Assembly: GCA_036785375.1 (NCBI GenBank)
Contig: JAWMAR010000252.1
Span: 2,232,001-2,296,000 of the forward strand
Direction of reading: 5' to 3'
Source: Leucoraja ocellata
Lineage: Eukaryota
Length of the DNA: 64,000 nt
Shown here: piece by piece, positions 13,901 to 27,034 of the stretch
Position numbering within the stretch: position 1 is the first letter of the stretch
How the letters are laid out: every line of letters begins with the position of its first letter
Translations under genes and position numbers: made by a program
The notes under the pieces: model-generated
The model's database searches: none
Told to the model about the DNA's origin: nothing
Seen by the model: the letters and a program-made list of their open reading frames with translations, nothing else

Positions 13901-14230
13901 CAACTGAGACTACAACTGTCCCCACGACTACAACTGAGTCTACCACCAGTCCCACGACTGGTGAGTGATACCTTCTCCAGTAGTTGTTAACAGTCATTTT
14001 AAAAGAAGGACAATAATGTCCAAAGTATGCCCAGCTTGTGCTGGAATTTAACCAAATACAAATGTTGCTGCTGAATGTTGCGATGATTATAAATTTGCAA
14101 TGACTTTTGTTGAAGTTATTCCACAACATCTTTTAATTTCTGCAATATATGCTGATTTTGTTACTACTCTCTCAAACGTGCCTTACTTCAAGTTGAATAT
14201 AAAGGACATGTATGCATTTGTTTACAGAAG

Positions 14231-14277
<47 letters not shown>

Positions 14278-17200
14278 CCCACGACCACCACAGAATCTAC
14301 CACCAGTCCTACAACTGGTAAGTGACAACTTCTCTCAACGTACCCTCATGGCTTTTTTTTTAATCACAGCTGAGATCATACACTCATGTTCCCATCCTTG
14401 CTTCAAGTTCCGCAATTTCATAATTCCATTTTAGAGTCTGTGGGTTCAGTCTTGATGGTCCTCTGATGCAGGATAGGGATAGAGCAGCACTGACAATACT
14501 GTGCTATTCTGCTTGAGATTTTGAGCTGGGTTTGTGCGGGTGCTGTCGTGAATGAGGTTTATCTTCTGGCCAATAGTAAAGAACAGGAAAATGTATCCAC
14601 TACCATGAATACTAATGATAATTACAACAACATTTGTCAGGAAATATTTTTAAGCTCTATAGTTTATAGGATGAAGGTATGAATAAGTAGTTTATGGTGT
14701 TCCCTACATTTCAGTTGTGACCATATTTTAGTACAATTTCTTGCTAGGTCTTTGCAAGATAGGAAGTAATTAAAGGAGTTTATCTCCACTTTACACAATC
14801 TCTTTTGAAATAGTCAAAATTACCGTCTGCATTTCTTGGTCATTCAAAATCTACGATTCAACATGGATGATTTAATTGTCCATGAATTTGTTTCCCTTTC
14901 GAAGAAACAGCTACAACAACCAGCACAAATGGGTCCACAACCATTTCCACAACTGGTGGGTGGTGATATTTTAATTTGCAATTTTTTTTACACAAGCTTC
15001 CCTATACATATACATATTATTTTAATTCAAAACAAATGACTTGGTAGAAATAAATGCTGAGAAGCTCAGCGGGGGCAACATCATCTATGGAGCGAAGGAA
15101 ATTAGCATTTCGGGCCGAAACCCTTCTTCAGACCCGTTTCAGCCCGAAACGTTGCCTATTTCCTTCGCTCCATAGATGCTGCTGCACCCGCTGAGTTTCT
15201 CCAGCATTTTTGTCTACCTTCGATTTTCCAGCACCTGCAGTTCCTTCTTAAACAAATGTAATGGCTTTATTATTTTCCAGAAGAAACAACTCCCACGGTG
15301 ACACCAAGCACCACCACCACCTACACAACAGGTGAGTGATCACCTCTGTCAGTAGGTTATTACCAGCCGTTACGTTCAGTCATTCAATTTCAACTTCCGC
15401 TTGCCCTCAGTTGAATCATTCTTCAAGTTGCATGTAATGGTTTTATTTGCAGAAAAAACAACAACTACAACAGAGCCAACCACAACCGAGTCTACCACCA
15501 GCCCCACAACTGGTGAGTAATGCCTTTTATCAATCATTTTAACACAAATATGCTCAAATACAGTACCACTCGCAGGTTGTGACAATGTTGATCACTCTTG
15601 CCATGTGCAACACAATTTTACCTCAGCAGCAGCAGGATGTTCTCGAATTTCAAAGTCTTGAGGTACAAACTAGAATGGTGCTATAATACAATGCAAAGGA
15701 ACAACAGTAATGCCCAAAGTATGTGCTGGAGTTGAAACACATACAAATATTATTGCTGAATGTAGTATGGATTGTATATTTGCAGTGATTATGTTGAAAT
15801 ATTATTGCACAACTTCTTTTAATTTGTGCAGTATATGTTCATTTTGTTACTCCTCTCTCAAATGTGTAATTCTTCAAATTGAATGTAAAGGACATGTATG
15901 TATGTGTTTACAGAAAAAACTACAACAACAGCGACAACAACAACAGAATCTACCACCAGTCTCACAACTGGTGAGTGATAACTACTCTCAATGTAAACCC
16001 ATGGGTTTTTATATCACAGCTGAGCTCATAAACATCATTTTCAGTTGCACTCCTTTCCCCTCCTTTCTTCAATGTCACTTCATCCATAACAAGTGAGTGA
16101 TCGCCTCTGTCAGTATGTACTTACTGGCTGTTGGGTTTGGTTGTTCAATTAAAACTTCCACTCGTCTTCAGTAAAAGTCTAATAATTTGACCTATCCACT
16201 ACAATTTCCAATAACAAGCATTGGTCTAAATATTGAATGAAGGGATCATTCTAAATTTTCCAGTACTTGTAAAATATAATCAGTCTCAAATGTTAATTCT
16301 TAATAGATGCTGCTTGACCTACTAAGTACTTCTAGTCATTTCTACATTCATTTGTCTTATATCTGAAATCTGCTTGAGCGGTATGAGAATTGAGTTGACT
16401 GTGATTTGAGTTTGTTTGTTATTTTCCAGAAGAAACATCAACTGTGACATCAACCAGCATTCCTTCCACAACAGGTAAGTTTTGGCTTTTTCAAGATATA
16501 TTTATTTTGCAATCTCAACTTATTACAATGAAAATCCATTTGTTTTCTTCTCTACCATCATCATCATCGTTGAAAACATCAACGTGCACGAGCCTTACAA
16601 TCCTATGTACGACAGTGATCACAACTTCTACTGAAGTGTGGATGGCCGTTGGCCCGCTAGGAGCTCATCTGTCCTTTGACAGGTCTTGTTTTTGGTCCTT
16701 CAGGGGGTTCACAGCCTCCTCCTCATCTGGCAAATCAGGCGGGGGAGACAGTTTAGTCGCCGACTATCCAACCATGGAGCAGGTAGCACCGGATTACACG
16801 GTACCCGTGGCGGGGGGTACTCCCCCTATTTTCTCTAACTTTTCGGTATATTAGACCCTGTTCCCTGTTCCCCATTTTTACTTTCATAAGTAAAATGGTC
16901 AGTCGCTCACAATGGCAGCTACTTTTATCATCATGCGGGAATTTGAACTCACTTCTTTATAATAATGTGCTAGGTAACTTCATTATGAGGGCATGCGAGG
17001 AGGCTGTTTGACCCATTGGGTCCTTTCCAACGGTACAATGTCATGTCCCCTGCTTATTTCCCTGGAACTGTACAACATATTCTCTCTCACATCCACTCTC
17101 CTTTGACTCTTTTGGTATTGGCCTATACAAAGGGATAATTTACAATAGCCAATTAATCTACCAGCATGTCTCTGGGTGACAGGGGGAACCCAAGGAAGTA

Positions 17201-18489
17201 CAGGTAGCCAATATAAGCTCCATACAAACAGCACCTTATATCAGGGTTGAACTTGGATCTCTCAAGCTTTTAGGCAAAGATGAGACATAGCCTTTCACAG
17301 CAGTGGTCTTCCTTTATCTTATTTATCCTGGAGCTGCTACCTTTTTGCCATTTCCCTCTTGTCCACCAATTAATCTCTCCTGCATATATGGTATATCTTT
17401 TCACCATATACAGTACGTAGCATGTTTAAAGGTGATATGGTGAGGCAGCGCAACTACTCCAATAATGTCCTTCAATAACACGCCGAGACCAACCCATCAA
17501 AGTGGAAAGAATATCTGGTTGTTAAAATCATGCAATAGTTAGTGCACAGCTGCAGTCAGCTGCCTGATAAGTGACATCTCACGTTTGTGCTGTATGCTTT
17601 TTCCCCATTGTTCTGTTCTGCACTGGCAATTACTGTTTCCTTATCTGATACTTGAGGTTGTATCTTAGTTTAGATCAATCAACAGTTCCCCAAACATATT
17701 GTTATTATTCCCATTTTACTGGTCCCATTCCCATTTAAACTGTAATTTGGAAGATTAATTTTAATGCACAACCATGTTTCTCAAAGCTTGTTTTTTATAT
17801 TTATGTTTATATTTTCCACTCTGTATTGTTTTATACAAGTTTGCCTTATGTTTTCTTTCTTTACATTACAGTGCCAGTCTGTTTGGGTGTATGGTCTCCT
17901 TGGTCTAATAAGCATACACCATCAGCGTTATCTCCAGATGATTATGAATTGTTGAAACCATATGGCAATAAATTGTGCCCATTTTCTTCCGATGAAATTA
18001 CTAATATTGAGTGCCAATTTGCTGACCATCCTAATTGGCCACTAAGTGCATCGCCAGATCCTGTGACCTGCATTAAAGACATAGGATTGATCTGCACGTT
18101 CTCTGGAAATGCTACTCGCCAATTTTGTAGTGACTACAGAATTAGAGTGTGCTGCGAGCCAACTGAGACTACAACTGTCCCCACGACTACAACTGAGTCT
18201 ACCACCAGTCCCACGACTGGTGAGTGATACCTTCTCCAGTAGTTGTTAACAGTCATTTTAAAAGAAGGACAATAATGTCCAAAGTATGCCCAGCTTGTGC
18301 TGGAATTTAACCAAATACAAATGTTGCTGCTGAATGTTGCGATGATTATAAATTTGCAATGACTTTTGTTGAAGTTATTCCACAACATCTTTTAATTTCT
18401 GCAATATATGCTGATTTTGTTACTACTCTCTCAAACGTGCCTTACTTCAAGTTGAATATAAAGGACATGTATGCATTTGTTTACAGAAG

Positions 18490-18530
<41 letters not shown>

Positions 18531-21500
18531 CCCACGACCACCACAGAATCTACCACCAGTCCTACAACTGGTAAGTGACAACTTCTCTCAACGTACCCTC
18601 ATGGCTTTTTTTTTAATCACAGCTGAGATCATACACTCATGTTCCCATCCTTGCTTCAAGTTCCGCAATTTCATAATTCCATTTTAGAGTCTGTGGGTTC
18701 AGTCTTGATGGTCCTCTGATGCAGGATAGGGATAGAGCAGCACTGACAATACTGTGCTATTCTGCTTGAGATTTTGAGCTGGGTTTGTGCGGGTGCTGTC
18801 GTGAATGAGGTTTATCTTCTGGCCAATAGTAAAGAACAGGAAAATGTATCCACTACCATGAATACTAATGATAATTACAACAACATTTGTCAGGAAATAT
18901 TTTTAAGCTCTATAGTTTATAGGATGAAGGTATGAATAAGTAGTTTATGGTGTTCCCTACATTTCAGTTGTGACCATATTTTAGTACAATTTCTTGCTAG
19001 GTCTTTGCAAGATAGGAAGTAATTAAAGGAGTTTATCTCCACTTTACACAATCTCTTTTGAAATAGTCAAAATTACCGTCTGCATTTCTTGGTCATTCAA
19101 AATCTACGATTCAACATGGATGATTTAATTGTCCATGAATTTGTTTCCCTTTCGAAGAAACAGCTACAACAACCAGCACAAATGGGTCCACAACCATTTC
19201 CACAACTGGTGGGTGGTGATATTTTAATTTGCAATTTTTTTTACACAAGCTTCCCTATACATATACATATTATTTTAATTCAAAACAAATGACTTGGTAG
19301 AAATAAATGCTGAGAAGCTCAGCGGGGGCAACAGCATCTATGTAGCGAAGAAAATTAGCATTTCGGGCCGACACCCTTCTTCAGACCCGTTTCAGCCCGA
19401 AACGATGCCTATTTCCTTCGCTCCATAGATGCTGCTGCACCCGCTGAGTTTCTCCAGCATTTTTGTCTACCTTCGAATTTCCAGCACCTGCAGTTCCTTC
19501 TTAAACAAATGTAATGCCTTTATTATTTTCCAGAAGAAACAACTCCCACGGTGACACCAAGCACCACCACCACCTACACAACAGGTGAGTGATCACCTCT
19601 GTCAGTAGGTTATTACCAGCCGTTACGTTCAGTCATTCAATTTCAACTTCCGCTTGCCCTCAGTTGAATCATTCTTCAAGTTGCATGTAATGGTTTTATT
19701 TGCAGAAAAAACAACAACTACAACAGAGCCAACCACAACCGAGTCTACCACCAGCCCCACAACTGGTGAGTAATGCCTTTTATCAATCATTTTAACACAA
19801 ATATGCTCAAATACAGTACCACTCGCAGGTTGTGACAATGTTGATCACTCTTGCCATGTGCAACACAATTTTACCTCAGCAGCAGCAGGATGTTCTCGAA
19901 TTTCAAAGTCTTGAGGTACAAACTAGAATGGTGCTATAATACAATGCAAAGGAACAACAGTAATGCCCAAAGTATGTGCTGGAGTTGAAACACATACAAA
20001 TATTATTGCTGAATGTAGTATGGATTGTATATTTGCAGTGATTATGTTGAAATATTATTGCACAACTTCTTTTAATTTGTGCAGTATATGTTCATTTTGT
20101 TACTCCTCTCTCAAATGTGTAATTCTTCAAATTGAATGTAAAGGACATGTATGTATGTGTTTACAGAAAAAACTACAACAACAGCGACAACAACAACAGA
20201 ATCTACCACCAGTCTCACAACTGGTGAGTGATAACTACTCTCAATGTAAACCCATGGGTTTTTATATCACAGCTGAGCTCATAAACATCATTTTCAGTTG
20301 CACTCCTTTCCCCTCCTTTCTTCAATGTCACTTCATCCATAACAAGTGAGTGATCGCCTCTGTCAGTATGTACTTACTGGCTGTTGGGTTTGGTTGTTCA
20401 ATTAAAACTTCCACTCGTCTTCAGTAAAAGTCTAATAATTTGACCTATCCACTACAATTTCCAATAACAAGCATTGGTCTAAATATTGAATGAAGGGATC
20501 ATTCTAAATTTTCCAGTACTTGTAAAATATAATCAGTCTCAAATGTTAATTCTTAATAGATGCTGCTTGACCTACTAAGTACTTCTAGTCATTTCTACAT
20601 TCATTTGTCTTATATCTGAAATCTGCTTGAGCGGTATGAGAATTGAGTTGACTGTGATTTGAGTTTGTTTGTTATTTTCCAGAAGAAACATCAACTGTGA
20701 CATCAACCAGCATTCCTTCCACAACAGGTAAGTTTTGGCTTTTTCAAGATATATTTATTTTGCAATCTCAACTTATTACAATGAAAATCCATTTGTTTTC
20801 TTCTCTACCATCATCATCATCGTTGAAAACATCAACGTGCACGAGCCTTACAATCCTATGTACGACAGTGATCACAACTTCTACTGAAGTGTGGATGGCC
20901 GTTGGCCCGCTAGGAGCTCATCTGTCCTTTGACAGGTCTTGTTTTTGGTCCTTCAGGGGGTTCACAGCCTCCTCCTCATCTGGCAAATCAGGCGGGGGAG
21001 ACAGTTTAGTCGCCGACTATCCAACCATGGAGCAGGTAGCACCGGATTACACGGTACCCGTGGCGGGGGGTACTCCCCCTATTTTCTCTAACTTTTCGGT
21101 ATATTAGACCCTGTTCCCTGTTCCCCATTTTTACTTTCATAAGTAAAATGGTCAGTCGCTCACAATGGCAGCTACTTTTATCATCATGCGGGAATTTGAA
21201 CTCACTTCTTTATAATAATGTGCTAGGTAACTTCATTATGAGGGCATGCGAGGAGGCTGTTTGACCCATTGGGTCCTTTCCAACGGTACAATGTCATGTC
21301 CCCTGCTTATTTCCCTGGAACTGTACAACATATTCTCTCTCACATCCACTCTCCTTTGACTCTTTTGGTATTGGCCTATACAAAGGGATAATTTACAATA
21401 GCCAATTAATCTACCAGCATGTCTCTGGGTGACAGGGGGAACCCAAGGAAGTACAGGTAGCCAATATAAGCTCCATACAAACAGCACCTTATATCAGGGT

Positions 21501-22742
21501 TGAACTTGGATCTCTCAAGCTTTTAGGCAAAGATGAGACATAGCCTTTCACAGCAGTGGTCTTCCTTTATCTTATTTATCCTGGAGCTGCTACCTTTTTG
21601 CCATTTCCCTCTTGTCCACCAATTAATCTCTCCTGCATATATGGTATATCTTTTCACCATATACAGTACGTAGCATGTTTAAAGGTGATATGGTGAGGCA
21701 GCGCAACTACTCCAATAATGTCCTTCAATAACACGCCGAGACCAACCCATCAAAGTGGAAAGAATATCTGGTTGTTAAAATCATGCAATAGTTAGTGCAC
21801 AGCTGCAGTCAGCTGCCTGATAAGTGACATCTCACGTTTGTGCTGTATGCTTTTTCCCCATTGTTCTGTTCTGCACTGGCAATTACTGTTTCCTTATCTG
21901 ATACTTGAGGTTGTATCTTAGTTTAGATCAATCAACAGTTCCCCAAACATATTGTTATTATTCCCATTTTACTGGTCCCATTCCCATTTAAACTGTAATT
22001 TGGAAGATTAATTTTAATGCACAACCATGTTTCTCAAAGCTTGTTTTTTATATTTATGTTTATATTTTCCACTCTGTATTGTTTTATACAAGTTTGCCTT
22101 ATGTTTTCTTTCTTTACATTACAGTGCCAGTCTGTTTGGGTGTATGGTCTCCTTGGTCTAATAAGCATACACCATCAGCGTTATCTCCAGATGATTATGA
22201 ATTGTTGAAACCATATGGCAATAAATTGTGCCCATTTTCTTCCGATGAAATTACTAATATTGAGTGCCAATTTGCTGACCATCCTAATTGGCCACTAAGT
22301 GCATCGCCAGATCCTGTGACCTGCATTAAAGACATAGGATTGATCTGCACGTTCTCTGGAAATGCTACTCGCCAATTTTGTAGTGACTACAGAATTAGAG
22401 TGTGCTGCGAGCCAACTGAGACTACAACTGTCCCCACGACTACAACTGAGTCTACCACCAGTCCCACGACTGGTGAGTGATACCTTCTCCAGTAGTTGTT
22501 AACAGTCATTTTAAAAGAAGGACAATAATGTCCAAAGTATGCCCAGCTTGTGCTGGAATTTAACCAAATACAAATGTTGCTGCTGAATGTTGCGATGATT
22601 ATAAATTTGCAATGACTTTTGTTGAAGTTATTCCACAACATCTTTTAATTTCTGCAATATATGCTGATTTTGTTACTACTCTCTCAAACGTGCCTTACTT
22701 CAAGTTGAATATAAAGGACATGTATGCATTTGTTTACAGAAG

Positions 22743-22783
<41 letters not shown>

Positions 22784-25700
22784 CCCACGACCACCACAGA
22801 ATCTACCACCAGTCCTACAACTGGTAAGTGACAACTTCTCTCAACGTACCCTCATGGCTTTTTTTTTAATCACAGCTGAGATCATACACTCATGTTCCCA
22901 TCCTTGCTTCAAGTTCCGCAATTTCATAATTCCATTTTAGAGTCTGTGGGTTCAGTCTTGATGGTCCTCTGATGCAGGATAGGGATAGAGCAGCACTGAC
23001 AATACTGTGCTATTCTGCTTGAGATTTTGAGCTGGGTTTGTGCGGGTGCTGTCGTGAATGAGGTTTATCTTCTGGCCAATAGTAAAGAACAGGAAAATGT
23101 ATCCACTACCATGAATACTAATGATAATTACAACAACATTTGTCAGGAAATATTTTTAAGCTCTATAGTTTATAGGATGAAGGTATGAATAAGTAGTTTA
23201 TGGTGTTCCCTACATTTCAGTTGTGACCATATTTTAGTACAATTTCTTGCTAGGTCTTTGCAAGATAGGAAGTAATTAAAGGAGTTTATCTCCACTTTAC
23301 ACAATCTCTTTTGAAATAGTCAAAATTACCGTCTGCATTTCTTGGTCATTCAAAATCTACGATTCAACATGGATGATTTAATTGTCCATGAATTTGTTTC
23401 CCTTTCGAAGAAACAGCTACAACAACCAGCACAAATGGGTCCACAACCATTTCCACAACTGGTGGGTGGTGATATTTTAATTTGCAATTTTTTTTACACA
23501 AGCTTCCCTATACATATACATATTATTTTAATTCAAAACAAATGACTTGGTAGAAATAAATGCTGAGAAGCTCAGCGGGGGCAACAGCATCTATGTAGCG
23601 AAGAAAATTAGCATTTCGGGCCGACACCCTTCTTCAGACCCGTTTCAGCCCGAAACGATGCCTATTTCCTTCGCTCCATAGATGCTGCTGCACCCGCTGA
23701 GTTTCTCCAGCATTTTTGTCTACCTTCGAATTTCCAGCACCTGCAGTTCCTTCTTAAACAAATGTAATGCCTTTATTATTTTCCAGAAGAAACAACTCCC
23801 ACGGTGACACCAAGCACCACCACCACCTACACAACAGGTGAGTGATCACCTCTGTCAGTAGGTTATTACCAGCCGTTACGTTCAGTCATTCAATTTCAAC
23901 TTCCGCTTGCCCTCAGTTGAATCATTCTTCAAGTTGCATGTAATGGTTTTATTTGCAGAAAAAACAACAACTACAACAGAGCCAACCACAACCGAGTCTA
24001 CCACCAGCCCCACAACTGGTGAGTAATGCCTTTTATCAATCATTTTAACACAAATATGCTCAAATACAGTACCACTCGCAGGTTGTGACAATGTTGATCA
24101 CTCTTGCCATGTGCAACACAATTTTACCTCAGCAGCAGCAGGATGTTCTCGAATTTCAAAGTCTTGAGGTACAAACTAGAATGGTGCTATAATACAATGC
24201 AAAGGAACAACAGTAATGCCCAAAGTATGTGCTGGAGTTGAAACACATACAAATATTATTGCTGAATGTAGTATGGATTGTATATTTGCAGTGATTATGT
24301 TGAAATATTATTGCACAACTTCTTTTAATTTGTGCAGTATATGTTCATTTTGTTACTCCTCTCTCAAATGTGTAATTCTTCAAATTGAATGTAAAGGACA
24401 TGTATGTATGTGTTTACAGAAAAAACTACAACAACAGCGACAACAACAACAGAATCTACCACCAGTCTCACAACTGGTGAGTGATAACTACTCTCAATGT
24501 AAACCCATGGGTTTTTATATCACAGCTGAGCTCATAAACATCATTTTCAGTTGCACTCCTTTCCCCTCCTTTCTTCAATGTCACTTCATCCATAACAAGT
24601 GAGTGATCGCCTCTGTCAGTATGTACTTACTGGCTGTTGGGTTTGGTTGTTCAATTAAAACTTCCACTCGTCTTCAGTAAAAGTCTAATAATTTGACCTA
24701 TCCACTACAATTTCCAATAACAAGCATTGGTCTAAATATTGAATGAAGGGATCATTCTAAATTTTCCAGTACTTGTAAAATATAATCAGTCTCAAATGTT
24801 AATTCTTAATAGATGCTGCTTGACCTACTAAGTACTTCTAGTCATTTCTACATTCATTTGTCTTATATCTGAAATCTGCTTGAGCGGTATGAGAATTGAG
24901 TTGACTGTGATTTGAGTTTGTTTGTTATTTTCCAGAAGAAACATCAACTGTGACATCAACCAGCATTCCTTCCACAACAGGTAAGTTTTGGCTTTTTCAA
25001 GATATATTTATTTTGCAATCTCAACTTATTACAATGAAAATCCATTTGTTTTCTTCTCTACCATCATCATCATCGTTGAAAACATCAACGTGCACGAGCC
25101 TTACAATCCTATGTACGACAGTGATCACAACTTCTACTGAAGTGTGGATGGCCGTTGGCCCGCTAGGAGCTCATCTGTCCTTTGACAGGTCTTGTTTTTG
25201 GTCCTTCAGGGGGTTCACAGCCTCCTCCTCATCTGGCAAATCAGGCGGGGGAGACAGTTTAGTCGCCGACTATCCAACCATGGAGCAGGTAGCACCGGAT
25301 TACACGGTACCCGTGGCGGGGGGTACTCCCCCTATTTTCTCTAACTTTTCGGTATATTAGACCCTGTTCCCTGTTCCCCATTTTTACTTTCATAAGTAAA
25401 ATGGTCAGTCGCTCACAATGGCAGCTACTTTTATCATCATGCGGGAATTTGAACTCACTTCTTTATAATAATGTGCTAGGGCAATAGAATTATGAGGGCA
25501 TGCGAGGAGGCTGTTTGACCCATTGGGTCCTTTCCAACGGTACAATGTCATGTCCCCTGCTTATTTCCCTGGAACTGTACAACATATTCTCTCTCACATC
25601 CACTCTCCTTTGACTCTTTTGGTATTGGCCTATACAAAGGGATAATTTACAATAGCCAATTAATCTACCAGCATGTCTCTGGGTGACAGGGGGAACCCAA

Positions 25701-26996
25701 GGAAGTACAGGTAGCCAATATAAGCTCCATACAAACAGCACCTTATATCAGGGTTGAACTTGGATCTCTCAAGCTTTTAGGCAAAGATGAGACATAGCCT
25801 TTCACAGCAGTGGTCTTCCTTTATCTTATTTATCCTGGAGCTGCTACCTTTTTGCCATTTCCCTCTTGTCCACCAATTAATCTCTCCTGCATATATGGTA
25901 TATCTTTTCACCATATACAGTACGTAGCATGTTTAAAGGTGATATGGTGAGGCAGCGCAACTACTCCAATAATGTCCTTCAATAACACGCCGAGACCAAC
26001 CCATCAAAGTGGAAAGAATATCTGGTTGTTAAAATCATGCAATAGTTAGTGCACAGCTGCAGTCAGCTGCCTGATAAGTGACATCTCACGTTTGTGCTGT
26101 ATGCTTTTTCCCCATTGTTCTGTTCTGCACTGGCAATTACTGTTTCCTTATCTGATACTTGAGGTTGTATCTTAGTTTAGATCAATCAACAGTTCCCCAA
26201 ACATATTGTTATTATTCCCATTTTACTGGTCCCATTCCCATTTAAACTGTAATTTGGAAGATTAATTTTAATGCACAACCATGTTTCTCAAAGCTTGTTT
26301 TTTATATTTATGTTTATATTTTCCACTCTGTATTGTTTTATACAAGTTTGCCTTATGTTTTCTTTCTTTACATTACAGTGCCAGTCTGTTTGGGTGTATG
26401 GTCTCCTTGGTCTAATAAGCATACACCATCAGCGTTATCTCCAGATGATTATGAATTGTTGAAACCATATGGCAATAAATTGTGCCCATCTTCTTCCGAT
26501 GAAATTACTAATATTGAGTGCCAATTTGCTGACCATCCTAATTGGCCACTAAGTGCATCGCCAGATCCTGTGACCTGCATTAAAGACATAGGATTGATCT
26601 GCACGTTCTCTGGAAATGCTACTCGCCAATTTTGTAGTGACTACAGAATTAGAGTGTGCTGCGAGCCAACTGAGACTACAACTGTCCCCACGACTACAAC
26701 TGAGTCTACCACCAGTCCCACGACTGGTGAGTGATACCTTCTCCAGTAGTTGTTAACAGTCATTTTAAAAGAAGGACAATAATGTCCAAAGTATGCCCAG
26801 CTTGTGCTGGAATTTAACCAAATACAAATGTTGCTGCTGAATGTTGCGATGATTATAAATTTGCAATGACTTTTGTTGAAGTTATTCCACAACATCTTTT
26901 AATTTCTGCAATATATGCTGATTTTGTTACTACTCTCTCAAACGTGCCTTACTTCAAGTTGAATATAAAGGACATGTATGCATTTGTTTACAGAAG

Positions 26997-27034
<38 letters not shown>

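Noticed and set aside
16444-16854. 136-aa Ser/Thr-rich ORF in each A unit
   Set aside because: Only the first ~10 codons lie in the exon (strong gtaagt donor at 16475). The rest is intron and retroposon sequence.
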